Shown: positions 1 through 7,584, numbered from the stretch's first letter. The stretch: 32,000 bases of DNA from Bacillus subtilis subsp. subtilis str. 168 (GCF_000009045.1 NC_000964.3:1440001-1472000), one strand, 5' to 3'. The notes: generated by a model from the sequence alone, not told the origin. Numbers and translations are program-made.

Positions 1-107
1 CATGCTATAACGGCATCATCGCAGACGGCTGCGGCGAATGTCCGGCATGTCACCTTCGTTCAAAAGGTTATGAAGAATATATGGTGATGAAAGGAGAGCG
101 TGCATAA
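1..107 (+). CDS. queC: 7-cyano-7-deazaguanine synthase QueC, 3' end only (gene starts upstream of the window)
   Basis: The frame is open from the window edge to TAA at 105-107. The tail [34 protein letters not shown] carries the C-terminal Cys cluster typical of QueC. It overlaps the next que gene by 8 nt. Confidence 0.85.
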   Translation, partial: CYNGIIADGCGECPACHLRSKGYEEYMVMKGERA

Positions 108-549
108 ATTGTTATCTCAAATTTATCCGCAGGCCCAGCATCCTTATTCGTTTGAACTGAATAAGGACATGCATATCTCAGCCGCTCATTTTATCCCTCG
201 GGAAAGTGCGGGAGCGTGCAGCAGGGTTCACGGGCATACGTATACCGTAAATATAACCGTTGCCGGCGACGAACTTGACGATTCAGGCTTTCTTGTCAAT
301 TTCAGCGTACTCAAAAAACTGGTGCACGGAAACTATGATCACACGCTATTAAATGATCATGAAGATTTTTCTCAGGACGACCGGTATTCGCTGCCGACAA
401 CTGAAGTCGTGGCGAAAACGATTTATGACAACGTACAGGCTTATTTAGACACTTTGGAGAATAAGCCGACCTGTGTACAGGTGTTTGTCCGTGAAACACC
501 GACAAGCTACTGTGTCTACCGTCCGAAAAAGGGTGGTTTGAATGGCTAA
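100..549 (+). CDS. queD: 6-carboxy-5,6,7,8-tetrahydropterin synthase QueD
   Basis: 149-aa ORF from the track, with a GTG start overlapping the queC stop. The His-rich Zn-ligand pattern (CSRVHGHTY) and the size fit the PTPS-like QueD family. It lies between queC and queE. Confidence 0.93.
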   Translation: MHKLLSQIYPQAQHPYSFELNKDMHISAAHFIPRESAGACSRVHGHTYTVNITVAGDELDDSGFLVNFSVLKKLVHGNYDHTLLNDHEDFSQDDRYSLPTTEVVAKTIYDNVQAYLDTLENKPTCVQVFVRETPTSYCVYRPKKGGLNG

Positions 550-1273
550 AGGAATTCCTGTATTAGAAATTTTCGGCCCGACGATTCAAGGAGAAGGCAT
601 GGTGATCGGACAGAAAACGATGTTCGTCCGGACAGCCGGCTGCGATTATTCCTGCAGCTGGTGTGACTCCGCTTTCACTTGGGACGGGTCTGCTAAAAAA
701 GATATTCGCTGGATGACGGCGGAGGAGATTTTTGCGGAGCTTAAGGACATTGGGGGAGATGCGTTTTCTCATGTGACGATCTCAGGCGGCAACCCGGCTC
801 TGTTAAAACAGCTGGATGCTTTTATTGAACTGCTGAAGGAAAATAACATCCGTGCAGCGCTTGAAACTCAAGGGACCGTTTATCAGGATTGGTTTACGCT
901 GATTGATGACCTGACAATTTCTCCAAAACCGCCAAGCTCAAAAATGGTAACGAACTTTCAAAAGCTTGACCACATTTTAACTTCACTTCAAGAGAATGAT
1001 AGACAGCATGCTGTCAGCTTGAAGGTTGTCATCTTTAATGATGAAGATCTGGAATTTGCCAAAACTGTGCACAAGCGGTATCCGGGAATCCCGTTTTATT
1101 TACAAGTCGGAAATGATGACGTGCATACGACAGATGATCAGTCACTGATTGCACATTTGCTTGGAAAATATGAAGCGCTTGTTGATAAGGTAGCTGTCGA
1201 TGCGGAGCTGAATCTCGTCAGAGTGCTCCCGCAGCTGCACACCCTGTTATGGGGCAACAAACGCGGAGTATAA
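542..1273 (+). CDS. queE: 7-carboxy-7-deazaguanine synthase QueE (radical SAM)
   Basis: 243-aa ORF. The ATG at 542 overlaps the queD stop. The N-terminal cluster motif GCDYSCSWC is typical of radical-SAM QueE. Confidence 0.94.
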   Translation: MAKGIPVLEIFGPTIQGEGMVIGQKTMFVRTAGCDYSCSWCDSAFTWDGSAKKDIRWMTAEEIFAELKDIGGDAFSHVTISGGNPALLKQLDAFIELLKENNIRAALETQGTVYQDWFTLIDDLTISPKPPSSKMVTNFQKLDHILTSLQENDRQHAVSLKVVIFNDEDLEFAKTVHKRYPGIPFYLQVGNDDVHTTDDQSLIAHLLGKYEALVDKVAVDAELNLVRVLPQLHTLLWGNKRGV

Positions 1274-1290
1274 TAGAAAGGAAGATGAAC

Positions 1291-1788
1291 ATGACGACAA
1301 GAAAAGAATCAGAATTAGAAGGTGTAACATTGCTAGGCAATCAAGGTACAAATTATTTGTTCGAATATGCACCGGACGTGCTGGAATCCTTCCCTAATAA
1401 ACATGTAAACCGTGATTACTTTGTAAAATTCAATTGCCCGGAATTCACATCTTTATGTCCTAAAACAGGCCAGCCTGACTTTGCGACAATCTACATCAGC
1501 TACATTCCTGATGAAAAAATGGTTGAAAGCAAATCATTAAAGCTGTATCTATTCAGCTTCAGAAACCATGGTGACTTCCACGAGGACTGCATGAATATCA
1601 TCATGAACGACTTGATTGAATTAATGGACCCGCGCTACATTGAAGTATGGGGCAAATTCACGCCAAGAGGCGGAATTTCCATTGATCCGTACACAAACTA
1701 CGGAAAGCCTGGCACGAAGTATGAGAAAATGGCCGAATACCGTATGATGAACCATGATTTGTATCCGGAGACAATTGATAATCGTTAA
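1291..1788 (+). CDS. queF: NADPH-dependent 7-cyano-7-deazaguanine (preQ0) reductase QueF
   Basis: Uses the track ORF frame 1249-1788. I prefer the ATG at 1291 (165 aa) because GAAAGGAAG lies 6-7 nt upstream. It contains [17 protein letters not shown] (catalytic Cys region) and the ESKSLKLY QueF motif. Confidence 0.93.
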   Translation: MTTRKESELEGVTLLGNQGTNYLFEYAPDVLESFPNKHVNRDYFVKFNCPEFTSLCPKTGQPDFATIYISYIPDEKMVESKSLKLYLFSFRNHGDFHEDCMNIIMNDLIELMDPRYIEVWGKFTPRGGISIDPYTNYGKPGTKYEKMAEYRMMNHDLYPETIDNR

Positions 1789-1827
1789 TTATTCCGTTGT
1801 GTGATACGGAGTGTAAAAGGAAGTGGA

Positions 1828-2002
1828 GTCACAGTAAAATCCGAACATTCAGCGTTAATTTTCAGCGGAAATGTGACCTGGTCACAGCGAAGTGTGACCC
1901 GCACTAAGCTCAATAAAAGTGGGAAAAGTCACACCTGAAAATGGCTCTACTCATGGGAATTGTATTAAAAAGTGTGACCTGAGGTGCAACCTGAACTGTG
2001 AC
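1828..2002. repeat. Cluster of seven exact TGTGAC/GTCACA hexamers, including the perfect palindrome TGTGACC-T-GGTCACA at 1872-1886
   Basis: Read directly from the sequence. Plus-strand copies start at 1872, 1893, 1973 and 1997. Minus-strand copies lie at 1828-1833, 1881-1886 and 1928-1933. A TGTGAT variant lies at 1800-1805. No ORF of 60 aa or more overlaps the cluster. Confidence 0.8.
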
Positions 2003-2042
2003 TTTTATGCAGTGAAAAATTGATAGTACAGAAGCAGATTAA

Positions 2043-2072
2043 GGCGTACAATTTGTACGTCTTTTCTTTTTT
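2043..2072 (+). terminator. Intrinsic terminator, probably ending the queCDEF transcript
   Basis: Stem GGCGTAC/GTACGTC (one G-U pair) with a short AT loop, followed by TTTTCTTTTTT. Confidence 0.7.
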
Positions 2073-2079
2073 ATCCGAA

Positions 2080-2112
2080 AGAAAAAATGCCTATCTAGAG
2101 ATCATAGGCATT
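2080..2112 (-). terminator. Intrinsic terminator for the minus-strand ykvN transcript
   Basis: 9-bp stem AATGCCTAT/ATAGGCATT with a 9-nt loop. On the minus strand it is followed by a T-run (plus-strand AAAAAA at 2082-2087). Confidence 0.7.
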
Positions 2113-2346
2113 AAATATTATTATCAATATCTTCATTTATTTTTTGGCTAAGTTTCTGAACCTTCTCTTTAACATTTGAAACAGCTCTTTTTTGAATTTC
2201 ATCAATTCTCCTGAATATAGTCGATGACACTTCTTATTAGAACTTCACTTTCAAAATTGAATATCTCATTTATTTCTGACTGTTCTTCATCTGTTAGGTG
2301 ATGGTATTGAAGTTGTTTAGCATTTACTTCAGCAGCTACATCAATC
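2111..2346 (-). pseudogene. Start-less, frameshifted C-terminal coding remnant of unknown family
   Basis: My hand translation of the minus strand gives IDVAAEVNAKQLQYHHLTDEEQSEINEIFNFESEVLIRSVIDYIQEN*. A shifted frame then gives IDEIQKRAVSNVKEKVQKLSQKINEDIDNNI*, which ends in the terminator stem. There is no ATG/GTG/TTG in the first frame after the ykvN stop. Confidence 0.3.
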
Positions 2347-2703
2347 CTAACTTAGTTGTTCTGGTTGTACAATTTCATATTCACCTTCTGCATACTCTTG
2401 CTCCGCATAATAGCCTCCCCATTGACAGAGCTCCTGCAAGATAGGTTTAAGAGATTCTCCAAGTTCAGTGGATGAATATTCAACCTTCGGCGGTACTTGA
2501 TTATACATCTTTCTGCTCACAAGTCCACTGGCTTCAAGCTCTCTAAGTGTTTGAATCAGCATTTTCTGAGTTATATTTGGGATAATGCGCTTTAATTCAC
2601 TCGTTCTCTTTGGTCCATTCATTAAAAAGTATAATACAAGGCCTTTCCATTTTCCGCCAATAACTTCCTTTGTCACTTCAAACCCACAGCTAAATTTTTT
2701 CAT
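2347..2703 (-). CDS. ykvN: HxlR-family (MarR-like winged-helix) transcriptional regulator
   Basis: Uses the track ORF 2347-2724. I prefer the ATG at 2703 (118 aa) because GGAGAG lies 8 nt upstream. The pattern GGKWK..VL..L..GPKRTSELKR.IP.ITQKML.Q.LRELE..GLV.R..Y..VPPKVEY is the HxlR-type HTH signature. Confidence 0.9.
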   Translation of the reverse strand: MKKFSCGFEVTKEVIGGKWKGLVLYFLMNGPKRTSELKRIIPNITQKMLIQTLRELEASGLVSRKMYNQVPPKVEYSSTELGESLKPILQELCQWGGYYAEQEYAEGEYEIVQPEQLS

Positions 2704-2741
2704 GTCTAAAGCTCTCCATTCCACATTTATTACTTTTTAGT

Positions 2742-2800
2742 TACTATATCACAAAAAAGTGGGTACTTCCGATAATGTGCTTACTGAAGGATACTATATC
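2742..2800. promoter_or_regulatory. Direct repeat TACTATATC (2742-2750 and 2792-2800) in the ykvN/ykvO divergent control region; candidate operator half-sites
   Basis: Two exact 9-mers lie 50 bp apart in the 168-bp divergent intergenic region. Further TACT/GTAC-rich elements are present, for example AGTACTTAAAGGTACT near 2818-2833. The function is inferred only. Confidence 0.3.
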
Positions 2801-2871
2801 TTGTAAGTTGTTCTTCAAGTACTTAAAGGTACTAGACATAAAATAAAATTAATTCTAAAGGAGTGTTAAGT

Positions 2872-3618
2872 ATGGGTAAATTTGAAGGTAAAATAGCGCT
2901 TGTAACGGGTGGAACAAGTGGGATTGGTCTTGCTACAGCACAAAAATTTGTAAACGAAGGTGCATATGTTTATATTACGGGACGTAGACAAAACGAACTT
3001 GATAAAGCTGTTAACCAAATTGGCAAGAACGTAACCGGTGTTCAAGGTGATATTTCTAAGCTTGAAGACTTAGACAAACTATATGACATTATAAAGCAGG
3101 AAAAAGGTAAGTTGGACATTCTTTTTGCTAATGCAGGCATCGGCAACTTCCTTCCATTAGGTGAAATTACTGAAGAGCAGGTTGATAGAACGTTCGACAT
3201 TAACGTTAAAGGAACCATCTTTACTGTTCAAAAAGCGTTATCACTATTCCCGGACAAAGTAGGTTCTATTATTGTAACGGGCTCTACTGCTGGATCAATT
3301 GGCAACCCAGCGTTTAGTGTATATGGAGCATCTAAAGCAGCATTAAGAGCACTAGTTCGCAACTGGATTCTTGACCTAAAAGGTACTGAAATCCGTGTAA
3401 ATGTGGTTAGTCCAGGAGGTATTCTTACACCTGCCTACGATGAGCTTTTTGGTGATGCACTTGAAGAGGTACTGGAAAATAGCAGAAATACTGTTCCAGC
3501 TGGAAAAGTTGGGACACCTGAAGAAGTAGCAAACGCTGTATCTTTCCTTGCTTCAGACGAAAGCAGTTACTTGACGGGTGTTGAATTGTTCGTAGATGGC
3601 GGGCTAGCACAGGTATAA
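2872..3618 (+). CDS. ykvO: Short-chain dehydrogenase/reductase (SDR) family oxidoreductase
   Basis: Uses the track ORF 2863-3618. I prefer the ATG at 2872 because AAAGGAG lies about 9 nt upstream. It has the cofactor motif TGGTSGIG and the catalytic YGASK (YxxxK). Confidence 0.92.
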
Positions 3619-3644
3619 TTTCACTGCGCAGAGATTACAAATAG

Positions 3645-3673
3645 TCCCCAAAAAAGGTTAATGGGGATTTACT
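3645..3673 (+). terminator. Candidate terminator after ykvO
   Basis: Stem TCCCCA/TGGGGA with an 11-nt loop, followed by TTTACTT. This is a weak T-run. Confidence 0.45.
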
Positions 3674-3687
3674 TGAAGAAGTCGTAT

Positions 3688-3730
3688 AAAAAAGTCGTTT
3701 TCCTTAAAGGACAGGGAATTCGACTTTTTT
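3688..3730. terminator. A-run/hairpin/T-run structure, bidirectional-terminator-like
   Basis: AAAAAAGTCG ... CGACTTTTTT with an internal TCCTT/AAGGA pairing. Confidence 0.4.
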
Positions 3731-4098
3731 ATATTTGAATTTGATTAACGTTGTAAATTCGCATTTTCCTGGGGCTACTACTAAATGACCTGTAAAAAAG
3801 ATTACACTGTGAATAAATGTACTTAAAGTAACGGGGGCTCTTGACTTTTAATAAAAAATAATATCCCTGTCCTTGTATTCTAATACTTTTAAAAATATTT
3901 AAAGGAATCCTTATGTCCTGAATAACCACATAGGAAAATATGTTGTAGGTTGCTTTCTTTTTTTGTGGGGCATCCCACACAAGCTATCTCGTGATCTCAC
4001 ACCTGAACGTTTTTTATAGACTAGTACCGCGACAAGTTATATTACATATACATACCAATAAAGTAGACATTAAAAAGTGAAAGAGAGGATGGAAATGT

Positions 4099-5298
4099 GT
4101 GAAAATTCTTTTCCTTGAGAGTCATCCCATGTGGCTCTATGGTTTACCGAATGGGTTTAGGGAAGCAGGACATACCGTAATGATTTCCGGTCCTGTAAGT
4201 CGGGAAAATATAACTGAAATGATAGACGAATTTAAACCAGATTTAATAGTATCTATGGGATGGACACCAGAGCATTCAAGGGAAAAGCAGGCCTGGATTC
4301 GCAACGCTACTAAAAAGGTGAATATCCCTCTCGTTTATTGGGCAACTGAAGACCCGCTGCACACTCAAAACTTTACTATCCCGTTAATTAAAAAGATGAA
4401 ACCGGATTTTGTTTTCACGGTCACGCCTTCTCTGTGTAAAACTTATGAAAGCATGGGGATTAAAGCAGCTCACTTAGACTTTGCATTTCACGAAAGTATA
4501 CATCACCAGATTAAACCATTAGCGAAATACAGTTGTGATATAGCAGTGGTGGCTAATGCTTACCCTAATTTTCTTGAAGAACATCCGGAAGTGTTCCGTT
4601 CGTCCTCTTTAAAAACGCTTATTCGTCCTCTTATACGGAAGGGTATTCGCATTGATTTTTGGGGGAGAAACTGGGAAAAAATGAGTAAATATATAGGAAG
4701 AGAAATTCCCCGCAATTGGATCCATGGATACCTTGATTATACTGAAGCATATAAAGTTTACAGTTCAGCAAAAATCATTATCGGTTTGCAAAACTGTGAA
4801 AGCCAACTTACACAACGCACCTATGAGATTCTTGGTTCCGGGGGGTTTTTATTGACATCGGATACACCAGCAGTTCGAGGTAAATTCAAACCTGGCCGCG
4901 ATCTCATCGTTTCTTCCTCCCCAAAAGAAACATTGGAAAAGGTTAAATACTATTTAAATCATGATAGCGAGAGAAAAAAGATTCAGATAAACGGTAAAAA
5001 GGCTGTAAAGAATGATTCCTATCGGCATAGAGCCGAGAGAATGCTTGAGGTGCTAAAAAGCAGAGGAATCATAAGAAACTTAGGGGAAACCATTCATTAT
5101 GTAGATGTTCTCAAAGAAAAATACGTGATCCATCATGTTACTCCCGGTGAAACATTATCAATAATTGCCAGTAAGTATAATGTTTCCCTGCAGCAACTCA
5201 TGGAGCTTAATCATTTCAAATCAGATCAAATATATGCTGGACAAATCATTAAGATTAGAGAGAAACTGTTTAGAAATATTAATAACAAATTATTCTAA
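4099..5298 (+). CDS. ykvP: CgeB-like spore-maturation glycosyltransferase-family protein with a C-terminal LysM domain
   Basis: 399-aa ORF with a GTG start after AGAGAGGA. The C-terminal third has the CgeB/GT1-like block ([18 protein letters not shown]...). The last ~48 aa form a LysM module ([27 protein letters not shown]...IYAGQIIKI). Confidence 0.88.
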
Positions 5299-5313
5299 AG
5301 GAGAGTAATATGA

Positions 5314-5541
5314 ATGAAGGGGAAAATACCTAAAATAAGAAATCAAGCGAATAAAGTAAAAAGAACGCCTCGTTATATGGAATTTCCCGTGACATACGAA
5401 GTATATCATGTGGAATCCGGCGATACATTATGGACGATTGCCAAATCCTTTGAAATTCCGGTACAACAACTTATGAATCTTAATAAGCTTTCTTCAGATA
5501 GAATTTATCCTGGACAAATTATAAAGATAAGAGAAAGATAA
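5314..5541 (+). CDS. ykzQ: Small LysM-domain protein
   Basis: 75-aa ORF with AAGGAG about 10 nt upstream. Its C-terminal 48 aa are a LysM module (YHVESGDTLWTIAKSFEIPVQQLMNLN...IYPGQIIKI). Confidence 0.85.
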   Translation: MKGKIPKIRNQANKVKRTPRYMEFPVTYEVYHVESGDTLWTIAKSFEIPVQQLMNLNKLSSDRIYPGQIIKIRER

Positions 5542-5637
5542 TCTTTGAGGTTTCGGAAGCGAATCAAATTGAAATGACAATCCTCATTTTTTTATTTGTG
5601 GGGAACTTGATATTTTTGGGGATGAAGGGGTTATGAG

Positions 5638-6336
5638 ATGTTTCAAATGAGCTATTACTATTCTGGATTAGGATGGGACTTTATTCAACACGTTGATCAA
5701 ACGAACGGAGTATTAAATGTTGTGTCTCCTGATTTTTTCTATATCAGAAAAGATGGATCATTACTTCTCCGTTCAGCTAATCCCGATGTGATTAAAGCTC
5801 TTCATAGAAGAAAATTAAAAGTAGTTCCTTTTCTAAGCAATCATTGGGATCAGGATTTGGGACGATTTGCATTAATGAACCGAGTTCTTTTAGCTAAACA
5901 AATTTCTCATGCAATAGAAGAACTGGATTTGGATGGAGTTAATATCGATATAGAAAACCTTACAGAAAAAGATCGGAATCTATTTACAGATTTTATTAGA
6001 TTAGTAAGGAAAAGTATTCCTAGACATAAAGAAGTATCAGTTGCAGTGGCGGCAAATCCTTTTGGCTGGACGAAGGGCTGGCACGGATCATATGATTACG
6101 AGTATTTAGCTAAATATGCAGATTATCTTATGGTTATGGCCTATGATGAAAGCCGCCTTGCTGGGCCTACTGCAAGTGTAGGATGGGTGGAAAAGTCCAT
6201 TCAATATGTTCTGACCCAAAAAATCTCTCCTCAAAAACTAGTTTTAGGATTGCCATTCTATGGCCGCTGCTGGATGGAAGGCCAATCTGCCTCTCAAGCC
6301 ATTCCCCTTTACCTTGTTGTTAGTAAAAAGGCATAG
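5638..6336 (+). CDS. ykvQ: Glycoside hydrolase family 18 (spore YaaH/YdhD-like), N-terminal fragment ended by a frameshift
   Basis: 232-aa ORF with GAAGGGG 7 nt upstream. It has the GH18 catalytic motif DGVNIDIE (about 5932-5955), then MVMAYDE and LGLPFYGR. The frame stops prematurely at 6334-6336. Confidence 0.85.
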
Positions 6337-6568
6337 CGGGACAATTATTTTTGACACCAAGAGTCAATCTCCAAAAGCTATTTTTACTGTCAATCACGAT
6401 AAAAAGGGGCCGTTGCCTTCGGGAACATATACATTATGGTTTGAAAATGAACAGTCACTCAGAGCAAAAATAAAACTCGCTCAAAAATATAATCTGAAAG
6501 GTCTTGGCAGCTGGAGTCTTGGACAAGAAGATGCGTCAGTCTGGAATACAGTGTTTAAAAATATATAA
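6260..6568 (+). CDS. ykzR: GH18 C-terminal fragment in the +1 frame (the remainder of the ykvQ gene)
   Basis: 102-aa ORF overlapping the previous one by 77 nt. The sequence ...[14 protein letters not shown]...WFENEQSL...[16 protein letters not shown] is the usual C-terminal end of a GH18 barrel. Confidence 0.75.
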
Positions 6569-7081
6569 TGATTTATAGTTCAGAACAAAATTCGAAGATA
6601 ATTGCAATGAATCTCTAAATGGACATACTGAAAGGAGTTTATTACGAGTGCGGGTAAAACAGTGAGGGCATTCCATAGGCCCTTCTCCCAAAATGTTCTA
6701 CACGAGGCATTACATTGGGCTTGAAATACACATTCAAACTTATGTTATAGTACGCATTTTACGGATGTGTTGAATTTATTCTGCTTCCATGATTTAATCA
6801 TACACATGCTACTTGATAGCAGGGTTATCGCATTTCATTCAGAATTGTTCAGGATCGATATGGAAGCGCACGACTAACTAGAACTTTAAAAGCATACACT
6901 CATATACTTCCTGAATGGATGCTGGTTTATCTAAAAAACATGATGAGAATTGATTGTACGCATGGTGAAGCATGACTTGTTGATAATCGACCATATGGTT
7001 TCTCCTTAGAAATGAGGGGGTTTTTACATAAAAAAGACGAGCGAATCCGGGGGGAATTCCACTCGCCGCTTTCTAATGAAA

Positions 7082-7117
7082 AGACGGGATGCTGGATGGC
7101 AGCTCGTCTGTTTTATT
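7082..7117 (+). terminator. Terminator-like hairpin in the ORF-free region
   Basis: AGACG..GCTG-loop-CAGC.CGTCT followed by GTTTTATTAT. The 3' arm GCTCGTCT (7102-7109) can alternatively pair with AGACGAGC at 7035-7042. Confidence 0.4.
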
Positions 7118-7193
7118 ATAATTTAACGAACGTATGTTTGTAAAGGTGTCTTTTCGAATGAATTGGTTCATATAACCGTTAAGAACAGATTCA

Positions 7194-7223
7194 TTGTAAA
7201 CATTCGCTAAGGTATGCTAAGAT
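7194..7223 (+). promoter_or_regulatory. Candidate sigma-A promoter for ykvR
   Basis: TTGTAA (7194-7199), an 18-nt spacer, then the extended -10 TGCTAAGAT (TG at 7215-7216, TAAGAT at 7218-7223). Confidence 0.4.
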
Positions 7224-7250
7224 GCATGGACTATAAAGGAGTGATATGAA

Positions 7251-7541
7251 GTGAAGACATTGCGGTTAAACAATGTAACGTTAGAAATGGCTGCATATCA
7301 AGAGGAGAGCGAGCCGAAGCGAAAAATTGCATTTACCTTAAACGTTACGAGTGAGACTTACCATGATATCGCTGTCCTGTTGTATGAAAAAACGTTTAAT
7401 GTCGAGGTTCCGGAACGCGATCTTGCCTTCCGGGGGGAAATGACAAATTATTCAACATCATTGACCAACCTGTACGAACCAGGGGCCGTCAGCGAGTTCT
7501 ATATAGAAATAACGGAAATAGACAAAAACGCCGATTCATGA
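7251..7541 (+). CDS. ykvR: Small conserved protein of unknown function
   Basis: 96-aa ORF with a GTG start 9 nt after AAAGGAG. It is followed at once by a terminator. No motif that I can assign. Confidence 0.8.
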   Translation: MKTLRLNNVTLEMAAYQEESEPKRKIAFTLNVTSETYHDIAVLLYEKTFNVEVPERDLAFRGEMTNYSTSLTNLYEPGAVSEFYIEITEIDKNADS

Positions 7542-7554
7542 TCGGTGTTTTTTA
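7527..7554 (+). terminator. Intrinsic terminator of ykvR (the hairpin spans the stop codon)
   Basis: Stem ACGCCGAT/ATCGGTGT (one G-U pair), loop TCATG, then TTTTTT. Confidence 0.75.
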
Positions 7555-7557
7555 TGT

Positions 7558-7584
7558 AAAAAAGCTGCCGGCCGGCAGCTTTTG
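7558..7584. terminator. Bidirectional terminator between the convergent genes ykvR and ykvS
   Basis: Perfect palindrome AAAAGCTGCCGGCCGGCAGCTTTT, with an A-run on one side and a T-run on the other. Confidence 0.8.

Noticed and set aside
1-99. preQ1 riboswitch of the que operon
   Set aside because: The riboswitch precedes queC, whose 5' end is outside the window. Only the last 35 codons of queC are present.
1872-1886. The palindrome TGTGACCTGGTCACA as an Fnr/CRP-family site
   Set aside because: Fnr/CRP sites are TGTGA-N6-TCACA, and here the spacer is N5 (15 bp in total). The location, 3' of an operon, is also atypical. I kept it as an unexplained palindrome rather than calling it an Fnr site.
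1929-1939. The 11-mer TCACACCTGAA recurs at 3997-4007, suggesting the TGTGAC motif family extends into the ykvO-ykvP spacer
   Set aside because: A single shared 11-mer within 32 kb is expected many times by chance, roughly N squared / 2 / 4^11. There is no additional motif clustering at the second site.
3729-3980. 83-aa minus-strand ORF between ykvO and ykvP
   Set aside because: The translation is low-complexity and AT-driven (runs of K, I, Y, F). It has no RBS and no recognisable fold pattern. It lies in AT-rich spacer where random ORFs are common.
6260-6568. Treating the 102-aa ORF as an independent gene rather than a frameshift product
   Set aside because: Its sequence is the missing C-terminal part of a GH18 fold. 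It overlaps the upstream fragment by 77 nt and has no RBS of its own at 6260. It is listed as a CDS fragment, but I interpret it as half of one disrupted gene.
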